Source: the human T2T-CHM13v2.0 reference genome, Homo sapiens. From it: 64,000 nt of DNA. The DNA lies in assembly GCF_009914755.1 (NCBI RefSeq), contig NC_060926.1, one strand, 5' to 3'. The notes below the pieces were generated by a model. That model saw nothing but the letters and a program-made list of their open reading frames with translations. It searched no databases and was not told where the DNA came from. Made by a program: the position numbers and the translations under genes. Positions 38,791-53,872 of the stretch are shown one piece after another; position 1 is the first letter of the stretch; each line of letters begins with the position of its first letter.

Positions 38791-40036
38791 CCTTATCAAG
38801 CCTTAGTTTTAAAATATATAACATGGATATTTTTGTAGAGGGAACATAATAAGGAGCAAATTTGAGACATCTTTTTTTATTTTCAAGCATGTCTGGGAAA
38901 GTCTTTGCATATAGTAGGCACCCATGAATATCCCTGTTGATTATCTCTTTCAAAATGAACAGGATTTGTGTAGGTAATCTAGTTGCTCAAATAAGCAAAC
39001 TGAAAATTTCATTGGGTCTCTGAAGACTTGGGTCCTGTCCTGCTCCGCCACTGACCACAGTGTACTTGTCAATTTACATTGCTTCTGCTTGGGTTCTGTT
39101 TCTTCCTCTTTAACATGAGAATGCTGTATGAAACAGTTCTCAGATTCTTTGTCGGTGGTAACATGCTTTGCCTTTTTATATTTGGCAGTCCTTAACTGGA
39201 CACCCAGACTCAGCTCTGCAACATTTTCAGAACTAGAGTTGCATGGACAATGAGAGAAGAACTCCGAAGATTAATTTATTTTGAAGACTCCTATTTGAGA
39301 TTAGTGATTTCTTGAACAACTTCTCCTCTTCCCACATACATTGATCTCTTCAACTGCAATTCATGAGGTTCATGATGAAGAGAAGTCTTAAAAGAATCAA
39401 CCACAGACATTCACTAACCCCCCATTATTGCCCAAGTCTGTGCTGTTGGAGGGGATGCAGATGCAAAGTCAGAAGCAGAGAGGGGAATTCCATTCCCATT
39501 TTGTCCATTACTAGCTCCTTCCTTTTGAAAGTCACTTGTCTTTTCCCCATATGTAAGAGAAAGATAATAGTACTGCTCTACCTACCCCGAGTCTTGTTAC
39601 TAGAATCAAATGAGATCATTTATAAGCTTGGTAAAATGCAAAGTGATTTTGCTGAAATGATAAAAGAAAACTCAACTGACGTCTACTGTTTAGATTTATC
39701 AAATGTACCAGTAAGGCAAGGCAAACACTTGAGCAGTCACTAATACAGCAATAAATCTCACACACACACGTGACTCCACTAGCAATCTTCTGAGGTAGGG
39801 CAGAGGCATTGGAGGGGAGAGAACTTGGTAGAAACCGTGGTCTGGTAAGGCTTCCCAAGGAAGCGGGGGTTGATCTGAGCATTGAGACATGGAAACTTCT
39901 ATCTATAGTGAAAAGATGTTACAATAACCCCAAAGAAAGGAACCCCCAGGCACAGGGACAGACTGTTCATGCAGACGTCTAGAGTGAGTTTATCAGACAC
40001 GCCACTGCAGGAGCCTCTGGCAGGTGCTGGGCTAGA

Positions 40037-40535
40037 CTAGGAGATGTTAATGTTGGGTCCATGAGTCTCCCAAGAAATCTGTGGCTGGAATTCAGTCGTT
40101 TGTAACCGTGGATGAAAAAATATTCCATCTTTGTTTTCACTAGCCTCCAACTGAAATTCAGCATGCCCTTTACTTTGGAATGTAGGCAACAAACCAGAAT
40201 TGCATTTGCAGTACCTGTAAAATCAATAGCTATCACATATTTTATATTCTGTTACAGTTGTTGTAGAGATCTCAAAATATTATTTACATTCATCACAACT
40301 GCAAAATTATATTTATTAAATCACTGTTAGATTTTTAAAAATGTAATGTGTTAAAGAAACACACATAGTACTATGTCATACCTTTATTTTAATATACATA
40401 ACAGTAATCCAATAGAATTTTTTCCTTTAAAATTCCTGGTTTTGTTTTACACATTTAAAATATTCTCAGAATGGCTTCATAGGCTTTGCCACAGTGTCAA
40501 AGGAGCTCCTGGAATGGAAAAGCTAAGAAACCCTG
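40037..40535. mobile_element. Charlie4-like hAT DNA transposon
   Basis: Ends gttaatgttgggtccatg ... ctaagaaaccctg; gaatgtaggcaacaaacca. Confidence 0.65.
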
Positions 40536-41915
40536 GGTAGCATAAAGGAGAGATATTATCCAAGGTGGCTGAGGATGAGCTGACCCACAAGACCAACTTA
40601 TGTTCAGATTGTGAAGTTGGAGCTGAGTGTTATGTAACAGATATAAGGAGAGAGGTGAAAATGTTGTGGGAAGAGTAGTCAGGGTAGCAGAAGTCAGAAG
40701 TTAGAATTGGGAATGGGTGGAAAGAGTATCACCATCAATTTAGATTTGCACTTGTTCAGGATGAGGTTATTAGCAGTGAACACATGGATTAGAAAAGCTT
40801 AAAGGGCTTTATAAGATTTTAGTAGCCATGATATCAATATTGATAGCCAACTTAACTGAGCATTTATGTAGCAGGCACTAATGTTCAGAATCTTACATGG
40901 GTAAACTCAGTGAACTCTAATGACTCCATATAGCTCATGTTTAAGAAAATGAAGTTCAAAGAGGTTAATTAACTTTGCCACAGTCAAGCAAATGGTAAAG
41001 CTAGGGTTTACACCCAGGGAGTTCAAATACACTGGGAGTGATTGCAAATTAAGAAAGTTTCCTCCAATGCTGATCCTTTAGGTAGGCGAAAGACAGAGGC
41101 ATTCCTAGAAGGCTGGAGCCCATTTCTAATGGCAGTAAGGTCCCCCAACCTGACTTCCCAACTTCACATATTAATACCAATGAAAGTGCTGGAAGCCATG
41201 TCTTGATTAATCCCTTATAAAGGGAAAGAAGTTGGAACCAAACATGGGATTACTAAAGGTCACCACATTGCCACTTGTTGAGGGTAACAGTGCCGGCAGA
41301 GCCTCTGGGCTGATTTGTTCTATGTGTTTTAAAGTCTTTCCTTGCCAGGGCCACTTTCTACCATTGTATTGACTGTATTCCTGAGTCACTGTAAGGTGGA
41401 TCTCAGAGCAGCCCAGGTGACTTAGAGAGTTCTTATTGGAATTGACCAACAAGAAGCCTCATTAAAGCTGGGGGTAAGGTGAGAGATGAGGTTCTGTGGG
41501 TAACAGAAATCAGAGGGCAATTACCTTGTAATTATTTTCGAAACAAACATAACAGCAACAACAAAATAACATTGGGATTAGGGCACATATTTCAAATTCA
41601 GCACAGTCACCTAATCTCATCTGTTTTCCACTTGAAGTTTAAGAGACTGACCTCCTCGTGAGAAGGACACTACTGAGATCTCACCAACCCTTGTTACCTC
41701 CAAAAGTAAGTCAGTATATGGTAGACTTTATCCTTAGAAGGCTTTTCCACATATGAATCCATCTTTCTCTCATGTAACATCCTCTTCAGCACTTGTGTTG
41801 GCATCTGATAAAATAATTTTAAATAATTTAAAAATATGAGTCCTTACAAATATCCCCTCTCCCTGCCAACACATACATGTAGTCACACACAAACATACTT
41901 TTTAGTTATTAATAT

Positions 41916-44265
41916 TGTATTATTCTGTTCTCAAGCTGCTAATAAAGACATATATGAGACTGGGTAATTTATAAAAAAAATAGGTTTAATGGACTCAAAG
42001 TTCCACGTGGCTTGGGAGGCCTCACAATCATGGCAGAAGGTGAAAGGCACGTCTTACATGGCGGCAGGCAAGAAAGAATAAAAGCCAAGTGAAAGGGGAA
42101 ACCCCTTATAAAACCAACAAACCTCATGAGACTTATTCACTACCCCAAGAACAGTATGGGGGAAACTGCCCCCATGATTCAATTATCTCCCACCAGCTCC
42201 CTCTCACAACACATGGGAATTATGGGAATTAAAATTCAAAATGAGATTTGGGTGGGGACACAGCCAAAACATATCATTCTGACCCTAACCCCCACCAAAA
42301 CTCATGTTCTCACATTTCTAATCCATTCATGACTTCCCAACAGTCCGCGGAAGTCTTAATTTACTTCAGCATTAACTCAAAGGTCCGTAGTCCAAAGTCT
42401 CATCTGAGACAAGGCAAGTCCCTCCTGCCTATGAGCTTGTAAAATCAAAAGCATATTAGTTACTTCCTAGATACAATGGGGGTACAGGCATTGGATAAAC
42501 ACACCCATTTCAAATGGGAGAAACTGGCCAGAATGAAGGGCTAAAGGTCCCACACAAGTCTGAAATCCAGTAGGGCAGTCAAATCTTAAAGCTCCAAAAT
42601 AATCTCCTTTGACTCCATGTCTCACATCCAGGTCACAATATTGCAAAAGGTGAGTTCCCATGGTCTTGGGCAGCTCTGCCCATACGGCTTTGCAGGGTAC
42701 AGCATCCATCTCGGCTGCTTTCATGGGCTGGCATTGAGTGTTTGCAGCTTTTCCAGGTGCACAGTGCAAGCTGTCAATGGATCTACCATTCTGGGGTCTA
42801 GAGGATGGTGGCCCTCTTCTCACAGCTCCATTAGGCAGTGCCCCAGTGGGGACGCTGTGTGGGGTCTCCAATCCCACATTTCCCTTCTGCACTGCTCTAG
42901 CAGAGGTTCTCCATGAGGGCTCTTACCCTGCAGCAAACTTCTGCCTGGGCATTCAGGCATTTCTGTACAACCTCTGAAATCTAGGTGGAAGTTCCCAAAC
43001 CTCAATTCTTGACTTCTGTGCACCCACAGGCTCAACACCACATAGGAGCTGCCAAGGCTTGGGGCTTGCACCCTCTGAAGCCACAGCCTGAGCTGTACTT
43101 TGGCTCCTTGTAGCCATGGCTAGAGTGGCTGGGACACAGGACACCAAATCCCTAGGCTGCACACAGCAGGTGGGCCCTAGGCCCTGCCCACAAAACAATT
43201 TTTTCCTCCTAGGACTCTGGGCCTGTGATGGGAAGGGCTGCTGTGAAGAAGACCTCTGACATGCCCTGGAGACATTTTCCCTATTGTCTTGGCAATTAAC
43301 ATTTAGCTCCTCATTAATCATGCAAATTTTTGCAGCCAGCTTGAATTTCTCCTCAGAAAATGGGTTTTTCTTTCCTATTACATTGTTAGGCTGCAAAATT
43401 TCCAAACTTTTATGCTCTGTTTCCCTTTTAAACTGAATGCTTTTTAACAGCACTCAAGTCACCTCTTGAATGCTTTGCTGCTTAGAAATTTCTTCTGCCA
43501 GATGCCCTAAATCATCTCCCTCAAGTTCAAAGTTCCACAGATCTTTAGGGTGGGAGCAAAATGTCACCAGTCTGTTTGCTAAAACATAGCAAGAGTCACC
43601 ATTTCTCCCCTTCCCAACAAGTTCCTCATCTCCATCTGAGCCCACCTCAGCCTGGATTTCATTGTCCATATCATTATCAGCATTTTGGTCAAAGCCATTC
43701 AACAAGTCTCTAGGAAGTTCTAAACTTCCCAACATTTTCCTGTCTTCCTCTGAGCCCTCCAAGTCTCTAGGAAGTTCCAAACGTTCCCACATTTTTCTGT
43801 CTTCTGAGCCCTCCAAACTGTCTCAACCTCTATCCGTTACCCAGTTCCAAAGTTGCTTCCACATTTTTGGGTATCTTTACAGCAGTGCCACCAGTAGCAA
43901 TTTAGTGTGTTAGTCTGTCACATGCTGCTAATAAGGACATACCTGAGACTGGGTAATGTATAAAGAAAAAGAGGTTTAATCGAATCACAGTCCCATGTGG
44001 CTGGGAAGGCCTCACAATCGTGGTGGAAGGCAAAAGGTACATCTTACCTGGGGACAAGCAAGAGAGGATGAAAGCCAAGCAAAAGGGGAAACCCCTTATA
44101 AGACCAATAGATAACTTGAGACCTATTCACCACCACAAGAACAATATGAGGGAACTGACCCCATGATTCAATTATCTCCCACCAGGTCCTTCCCACAACA
44201 TGTGGGAATTATGGGAGCTACAGTTCAAGATGATATTTGGGTGGGGACACAGCCAAACCATATCA
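41916..44265 (-). mobile_element. Full-length THE1 MaLR (LTR 41916-42276, internal, LTR 43906-44265)
   Basis: Two LTRs, THE1-int ORF remnants, 5-bp TSD aatat. Confidence 0.95.
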
Positions 44266-46529
44266 AATATTGTAGTTATTTTAGGTCTTACTTGATCAAA
44301 CACAAAAGTCTAACAACGTTAGTTCAATTTTTGTGTAATTCAGTCTCAAAAATTACTGTCTTTTGGTTTCTCAACTTGGGCTTCATTTTGAGAAAAATTA
44401 TACTTTATTATCATTACTCCTCTTCTCTAATGGGATAGGATATGGGTTATATTGGGTTCTTTTTCTCTGGCCATGTTCTCTGTCATTTCATTTAATCTTC
44501 ATAATGGCAATATGGGTAGAAATTCTTATTCCAGTTTTACAGATGAGGAAAATGGAATTCAAAAAGACTAAGAGACTTGCATGAGAGCATACTTCCAAGT
44601 AAGTGTGAAAGCTAGGCTTCCAATTCTGGTTAATTTATCTCAAAGCATATAAGGCTTACACTACTATACCCTATCTACCTCTCACATAATTTACCACATT
44701 ATTTTGTAATGCTTACTCATTTGCACCTCCTACAAGTTTTTAGTATCCTACTATGCAGAGAATATAATGTATTTACCTTTGAGTTCCTTGTGTCTAACAG
44801 AATGCTTTATTAAGAGTGAACATTTAGTGAATAAATGAATGAATAAATTAATACTAGTAAGTATGACCAGTTTATTCTGCTGAATGACGTACATATTAAA
44901 ACGATTAGAAACCTATTACCGTCTTAGATCCACTCACCCAAATAAGGCATGTAGGGCTGCATATATGGCTAGCTGGAACCATAGGCAATGATGGGGTGGT
45001 TGGAGTCTGTTATTCTCTGTCTTGAGGCAAGCCAGGTGATTCATCACATGGGGTGGGAGAGGATTGTTGGAAAAAGGATCTGAGAGGAAGTTAGGGTCAA
45101 AGAGAGGATGTGGAAGTTGAACCATGGTTCACACAAGAACCGGGAACAAATCCAAAGGAAAAGGAGTTCCAAAAGAAAAGAATTTATTTCTCTCTCCTTA
45201 GAATTCCATTCCATTGTATGAGCAATGTTTGGAGAAAGGACAGAAGAGAGAAAGGGAAACAGAAAGACAATATTTTCCTAAGTTGTTCTTTGTTAGGCGC
45301 TGTAATGGAGTGGAATGAGACCTGGATATGGCGTCAGAGAGACTGGGGCTCAAGAACTGTGCTCTGACATTTATTAGCTGTGGGCAAATAACTTAACATG
45401 TTTAAATCTTCATTTCTCATCTGTAAAATATGGTTGATACTATCCAACTTAAAAATCACAGTGCAAATTAAATGAGATAATCGTTGTGAAAATGTCTAGC
45501 ATGGTGTCAGCCACGTATTAAATGTTCCGAGAGTGTTTACATAGATGACTAAGAAAAGCTTTAGTCTTCCTAAATATTTTCCAGGAAAGACTATCATGAT
45601 GGGAACTGTTGGACAGGCAAGTCAGTAAATAGCAAGAAGGACTTGACCTTCTGTGTCTCCGGGATCCCACAGTTGCATAGACTTGGTGAGAGACTAATAT
45701 GAAACAAATGTGTACTAGAAATATATTTTCTAAGCAAGCTCTCTTCCTGAGGAGCTGGGGAAGAGATTAAATCCTTTTCTGCCTGCATTCAACATGGATC
45801 TCCTGAATGGTGGTTGGCTGCCAAGCACTGTCTTGGACCTGGACAGACAAAGATGCAAAGACAGTGCTCCAGTTCTCTAAGGAATTGTGGTCTGTGGAGT
45901 CAGAAGGATATTTAGTGAGTGTTTTTCTATGTTGGGGAGGGCTGCTATATTGATTAAATTATGCATTCAGACACAAGTCACAGTTTTTGAGCTCCTTCAT
46001 TGTTGTTATTTTTACACACACGTTTTCCAATTTAATTCTCACTAAAATGCCTCATGTTGTCATATCCATCTCTGCATTAGATGACAAGATGAAAACACAG
46101 AAACTAGGCATTGGTTTTAAGTTATTAAATTATAGGAGAAATGATCCAATTTAAAAATCAATGTTTTATATGTAAAGGGCAATCATGAAAAATATCCACA
46201 CAAAATCTTGGAAAATATTAATATAATTATTCAGTTTATTTAGAGAAATGAGTAAGTTTTTCCTAACTGCTCTCACTGCAAACCCCAAAATGAAAAAAAC
46301 AAAGTTAGAGGCAAATACTTTACATTGGATTGATACTAGGGGATGAATGTGAACCTCAACAATAACACTTCAATAAGTGGTATTTTACATTAAGCAGTTT
46401 TTCTTTTGAAAATATCTATTTTGACTTGACACCAAGTTTAAACTGATTCCATATTCAATACCTCTCTTTATACACCATAGATTCCTCACTTTTGACATCT
46501 TTAGTTTGATTCTTTTTTAAATTAACTTA

Positions 46530-47500
<971 letters not shown>

Positions 47501-47844
47501 ATTTTAAGCACGTATTCAGGATCACAAATGTTCTAGTTTTTAAGATCTTTTATGATGAGGATCATTTCATTGTTGTTGTCTTGATGTATAGTGACATTGC
47601 CAGTTAAAAAATTTGGGTCTTACAACCTTCCTTTCAAATCTTTGCAGATTTTTAAAATATTGTATGCTCATTTCTAATATTGCTGAAGAGTTATCTAAAG
47701 TCAGCACAATTTAATTTCCTTTATTAGTAATCCTAGTCTAGAAACTGTTTTCTGGAAAAAAGAAACTTCTTTATACTTGAAGTTTGCTAACTTCAATCAA
47801 AATATGCTTTTTTCTGTTTAATTTTTTTCCTGTAATACTATGTA

Positions 47845-48240
47845 TATTAGTTTTTGCTGCAATACTACAGTAAACTCCAACAATATCGTACAACAACCAA
47901 AAGCATTGATATCTGATGAGCTCATAGGTTTCTGACTTTCCTGAGAGTCAGCTGAACTCTGCTGTTCATCTCCCTGCTCATCTCCCACCTCCAGGCTGGG
48001 TCCTGTGCTTCATGTGTCTTCATTCTGGAGTGGAGGGTGAAGTAGCCTTAATACCTGGAGTATGTCTTTCTCACCAAATAGTTAGAAGTTCAAAACGGTG
48101 AATAAAAACATGTGATGCTTCTGTAGACTTTGGAATGGAATAGGTTACTATCATTTCTGCCTATATTCAAGGCAAATGCTATGATGAGCTTCAAAGTCAG
48201 CAGGAGAGGGGACACATTCCTAGCCTATGGTGGTGGGTGG
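47845..48240 (-). mobile_element. Old MaLR LTR (MLT1-like)
   Basis: tattagtttttgctgcaatac..; tcatgtgtcttcattctggag; catttctgcctatattca. Confidence 0.5.
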
Positions 48241-48439
48241 GAGTGTGGTGGGATGGGAGTCAGTCTTCCTTTAGCTCAGTGAGCCTTTTATTATATATTT
48301 AGATTTCCCTCCCATGTGCTCTGTTATCTTTTTCAGACCACAGTTAACAAGACGTTGAATCTCTATAGACTATTTTTTATACCTTCCTTTTTATTCCCAA
48401 ATTTTTTTATATTTATCTTTTTATTTCCCTTCTCTGCCA

Positions 48440-49650
48440 TTTTCAGGACTGAAGAAGTATAAACTAGATGATTAAACAGACAAAATTAAGAGATAGAAGT
48501 ATTGACATGTAGGAGGCAAATTTATCATTATTTTCTGATGGAAAATTATCAATCTAGAAATCCAAAAAAGGTCAACTGAAATTGCTTTATAAAGCTTTGG
48601 TAATTGTAAATTTCCTGGCCACAAAATATTTACAAATTAATAACTTTCACATATGACAATAATTACATAGTAAATGTGAAAGAATTCCTGATTATAACAA
48701 TATTAAAGATAGGACATAATTTGATACTAGCTTAAATACACATATTTACAACCTATATGAACAAAATTATAAAACTCTTTAGAGAGACACAAAACAAAAT
48801 TTAAATACATTGTATTGAATGGAAAAAATCTCAATACCATGAAGGTGCCAGTTATCTCTAAATTAATCTTCATATTCAATGTAGTGGCATCATAAATTTT
48901 AGTGAAATAGCAAAAAAAATTTCAATTCCTCTCAAAGAATAAGCTAATTAAAGTGCTCACAACATTTTTGGAAAAGTAAGAATAATGAAGGAAGATTTGC
49001 TCCATCAAATATGTACACTTAAGATAATGCCATTACAATGAAGAGACCTTGATGTTGAGATGGAAGCTCGTCAACTCAGTGAAACAAAACCCATAATTCT
49101 TATATCTGCATGTGTGTGATGAGACTGAATGAGTCATAAAGGTGATACTTGAAATAATGAGAAATCTTGCTTAGTCAGTAAATATTTTTAGGGAAAATAA
49201 CTTGGGGGAGGCATGGAAAAAGAATAGGTTCTCGTCCTTGATTCACTGCTAATATACATAATAAATTCAAAATTTAATTAAGTTTACTAAAAAAAAAATT
49301 CTATAAACCCACTAGAAGAAAATATTGGAAACGTTATAATTAAGGTTTGGAAGAGATTTCTAAATTTCCTACAAAACCCAGAAAGTATAAAAACAAGGTA
49401 TCATAGATTTTAGTATATTGCAATTCAAACTTCTGAATAACAGAAAACACCATAATTGTAGTTAAAGTAAAAGAGGTTTGATAAAATCTTAGTCACATAT
49501 ATGACATCATGTGTAAAAGCTGTTATAAAATGATAAGTAAAAAGGAAATTAACATTGCAATTAAAAAAGATGAAAGATTTCAGTTGGCAATTTATAAAAG
49601 AAGAAAATACAAATGGCCACTAACATTTAAAAACACTCAGTTTCATTAAC
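48440..49650 (+). mobile_element. Old L1M ORF2 remnant
   Basis: A-rich, degenerate RT/C-terminal sequence (ttattttctgatggaaaattatcaatctagaaatcc). Confidence 0.7.
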
Positions 49651-49724
49651 ATATTTTTAAAAAGTTACAGCTTTAATAGAAAATGAACTGGCATAAACAG
49701 GTTGGGGAACAAACATGGCAGACA

Positions 49725-49812
49725 TAGTTGTAACAGAGACCAAAGGCCTTATGGCCTGAAAGCCTAAAATACTTACTGTCTGGCCCTTTACAATAACAGT
49801 TTGCTTAGGTTT
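49725..49812 (+). mobile_element. MER58-like fragment
   Basis: aaagcctaaaatacttactgtctggccctttaca. Confidence 0.75.
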
Positions 49813-49814
49813 TC

Positions 49815-50915
49815 CCCTAGAAGAAAACCTAGGCAATACCATTCAGGACATAGGCATGGGCAAGGACTTCATGACTAAAACACAAAAAGCAATGGCAACA
49901 AAAGCCAAAATTGACAAATGGGATCTAATTAAACTAAAGAGCTTCTGCACAGCAAAAGAAACTACCATCACAGTGAATAGGCGACAAATAGAATGGGAGA
50001 AAATTTTTGTAATCTATTCATCTGACAAAGAGCTAATATCCAGAATCTACAAAGAACTTAAACAAATTTACAAGAAAAAAACAAACAACCCCATCAAAAA
50101 GTGGGTAAAGGATATGAACAGACACTTCTCAAAAGAAGACATTTATGCAGCCAACACACATATGAAAAAAAGCTCATCATCACTGGTCATTAGAGAAATG
50201 CAAATCAAAACCACAATGAGATACCATCTCATGCCAGTTAGAATGGCGATCATTAAAAAGTCAGGAAACAACAGATGCTGGAGAGGATGTGGAGAAATAG
50301 GAACAGTTTTACACTGTTGGTGGGAGTGTAAATTAGTTCAACCATTGTGGAAGACAGTGTGGCAACTCCTCAAGGGTCTAGAACTAGAAATGCCATTTGA
50401 CCCAGCAATCTCATTACTAGGTATATACCCAAAGGATTATAAATCATTCTACTATAAAGACACATGTACATGTATGTTTATTGTGGCACTATTCACAATA
50501 GCAAAGACTTGGAGCCAACCCATCAATGCCCATCAATGATACACTGGATAAAGAAAATGGGCACATATATACCATGGAATACTATGCAGCCATAAAAATG
50601 GATGAGTTCATGTCCTTTGCAGAAACATGGATGATGCTGGAAACCATTATTCTCAGCAAACGAACACAAGAACATAAAAGCAAACACTGCATGTTCTCAT
50701 TCATAAGTGGGAGTTGAACAAGGAGAACACATGGACACAGGGACACCGGGGCCTGTTAGGGGGTGGGGGGCTAGGGGAGGGATAGCATTAGCAAAAATAC
50801 CTAATGTAGATGATGGGTTGATGGGTGCAGCAAACCACCATGGCACGTGTATACCTATGTAACATGGCTGCATGTTCTGCACATGTATCCCATAACTTAA
50901 AGTATAATAAAAAAA
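49815..50915 (+). mobile_element. 5'-truncated L1PA (PA7/8-like)
   Basis: 227-aa ORF2 C-terminal fragment, 3'UTR and poly-A. Confidence 0.95.
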
Positions 50916-51031
50916 CTTTTTTTAAATGTGTATTTTTTTTTTTTTTTACCAATACTTGAGTCCCTCCACTTAACCGACAATATAGCAGACTATTCTTGAG
51001 TAGGATGGTACTCTTCTCTTCCACCAGCTAA

Positions 51032-51381
<350 letters not shown>

Positions 51382-51419
51382 TATTTTCTATTTCAGTTAT
51401 TTAATTTAATTTCATATAT

Positions 51420-51750
51420 TTAAAACAAGTGAATGCAAAATACAGACCATACTGCTGTGAAGTTGAACGCTTTGGAGAGTTTCTGAATGTGTGAATAAAT
51501 TTAAAAAAAATATTGAACTAGACATGTGAAAGACAACTATAAAAATGTAGAATAGAATAAAAGAAAGCATTTAGATCCTGAAGTATTCTGTACAAAAATC
51601 ACTCCACAAGTGCTTTGAAGTTCCTGTATTCTGTAAAGAAATTAAAATTGAAAATGACGGAGAATTAATTACAATTCTTTTCTAGGCCACAAGGAAAATA
51701 GTAATTGGACAAAAGTTTTGAAAGGTCCTTGAGCTACATCTAAAGACTGG
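51420..51750 (+). mobile_element. Tigger13-like ancient DNA transposon fragment
   Basis: aagttgaacgctttggagag..agacaactataaaa..ccttgagctacatctaaagactggc. Confidence 0.55.
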
Positions 51751-51903
51751 CCTACCGCAAGTTTAATAGCAAATGTGTGAAGGCTTAGCTGGTGGGAAAA
51801 ACTTCATGGTGTCTATATATGTCATACTAGAAAGAATGTTTTGGTCTAATTAACCTATTCAAACATTTACAAAAAATTGGAGTCATTTTTCAATGGAGAA
51901 ATC

Positions 51904-52202
51904 TTTTTTTTTTCTTGAGATGGAGTCTTACACTGTCACACAGGCTGTATTTAGTGCAGAGGCATGATCTCAGTTCACTGCAACCTCCGCCTCCTGGGTT
52001 CAAGCTATTCTCCTGCCTCAGCCTCCAGAGTAGCTGGGATTAGAGGCACATACCACCATGCCCAGCTAATTTTTGTCTTTTTAGTGGAGACGGGGTTTCA
52101 CCATGTTGGCCAGGCTGGTCTTGAACTCCTGACCTCAAGTGATGCACCTGCCTCGGCCTCCCAAAGTGTTGGGATTGCAGGCGTGAGCCACCACATCCGG
52201 CT
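51904..52202 (-). mobile_element. AluS
   Basis: TSD gagaa(a/c)tctt. Confidence 0.95.
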
Positions 52203-52680
52203 GAGAACTCTTGATCAAAGAAAAACTCTACGACTAGATAAAACAGGTTTAAATTACAAATTATCATCTGCAAGAAGAATGGCATACCAAATAGAGCAAA
52301 AAACCCCGGGAAACCAAAATTCCAAAGAAGAATATTTCATACAAAAAATAGGTTAAAACTCACAAGTTGTCATTTCTTGATTTTAGTAAATTAAAGAATC
52401 CTACCTCTTTTAAAATTTAACATTAAATCATGTATCATTATCAGTTCCCTGATGCTGTAAAAATCAGCCAAGAGGGATTCAGAATGTTAAAGGAACGTTT
52501 TTTGTTTACTTTTATAGATTTATACATTAAACTTATCTGAACAACTTCCTATCTCAATTATGCTGAACCTAAAAAGGAAGATGTAGAGGCCATGTTTTCG
52601 CCAGTTTCTGCAGTTCTAGAATGCTCAGTGAAATGCTACTCAAAAGAGATTTTTGTTGTTTTAGAAAACACAGGAAACAT

Positions 52681-52972
52681 GTCACGGCTGTAAGCCCAGC
52701 AGTTTGGGAGGCCAAGGCAGGCGGATCAAAAGGTCAGGAGTTTGAGACCAGCCTGGCCAACATAGTGAAACCCTGTCTCAACTAAAAATACATCCTCATT
52801 TATTTGATGTGATGTGGTGGCAAGCGCCTGTAGTCCCAGCTACTCAGGAGGCTGAGGCAGGAGAATCGCTTGAACCGGGGAGGCAGAGGTTGCAGTGAGA
52901 CAAAATCTCACCACTGCACTCCGGTTTGGGCAACAGAGCAAGACTTCTTCTCAAAAAAGAAAAAAAGACAAT
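52681..52972 (+). mobile_element. AluS, slightly 5'-truncated, linker replaced
   Basis: 16-bp TSD aaaaca(c/t)aggaaacat. Confidence 0.93.
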
Positions 52973-53043
52973 AAAACATAGGAAACATAAATATGTGTCT
53001 TGAAAAATCATTTAAAGTTATCAACTTTGCTGTTATTTTTTAC

Positions 53044-53141
53044 AATGCAGCATTGGCATGGAATGCATTTTCTAGTATGTCTGTAACCATGACTTCAAGA
53101 AACTGTGGTCTGAAGTTGACTCTGCTGCAGGAAACTCTGAA
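53044..53141 (-). pseudogene. Fossil exon
   Basis: Acceptor tttattttgtctcatAG. Phase-0 frame fully open (FRVSCSRVNFRPQFLEVMVTDILENAFHANAA); donor TT|gtaaaa. Phase-compatible with both neighbours. Confidence 0.55.
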
Positions 53142-53670
53142 CTATGAGACAAAATAAAGGACATAATTTGTTAACGGACCTCAAACCAAATGGATTATTT
53201 ATTGCCTGTTTCCACCTCTGGAATATAAGAGCTCCAAAAGACAGAATTTTATGTGTCTCCTTCACTCTGGTGTCTAGATTCATATTTAGTCCATTGTTAG
53301 TATCAAATATTTGTTCAATAACTGAGAAAGACATTAAAATATCTGATGTCTGAGGTCCTGGCAGTAATATTATTCTATGGGATTATTGTTGTGTACTAGG
53401 AAGAGCATACCATGGAATTGGAATAGGAATTCCTACTCTGTACTTTCTTGTTGTGTGATCTTGGTTATTTTGCCCATGGACTTCAACTTTCTCATCTGTT
53501 AAACAAGAATGAGACATTTTAGGCTTGTTGATTAGATTAATTGAAATAATACGTGTAATTTAACTAGTATATAGAAAGTTATTAATAAATGGTAGAAATG
53601 GTGACCATCACGATGATGATGGTAGTGGTGGTAATGGTCCTATTGCGGGTGTAGGAATCTAAACATTCAC

Positions 53671-53872
53671 TGAGTGTCATTGGTGAGCAGGGTACTTTTC
53701 TAGTCTTCAGACAGCACTTCCATGCTCAGAAAAGGCCACGCTCTCAGAGAGGAATTGCTCAGCCCAGAAACAGTTCTTCAGTGGGTCACATTGCAGAAGC
53801 ACTGCTTTGGCGAGCCTAACAAAGGGGTCATTATTCTCATCCACAGACAGCGCCAAGAAGGTCCTGGGTGGT
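53671..53872 (-). pseudogene. Fossil DHC exon (LRPD region preceding AAA6)
   Basis: Acceptor tctgtctcctgtattctAG; 54 open codons PPRTFLALSVDENNDPFVRLAKAVLLQCDPLKNCFWAEQFLSESVAF..; putative donor TCA|gtgaat, phase 0. Confidence 0.7.

Noticed and set aside
42467-43816. 120-166-aa ORFs
   Set aside because: THE1 internal sequence remnants.
53834-53854. REST/RE1-like site (also half-site ttcagcaccac near 27376)
   Set aside because: 16/21 match but the left core CAGCAC is absent; isolated half-sites are common by chance.
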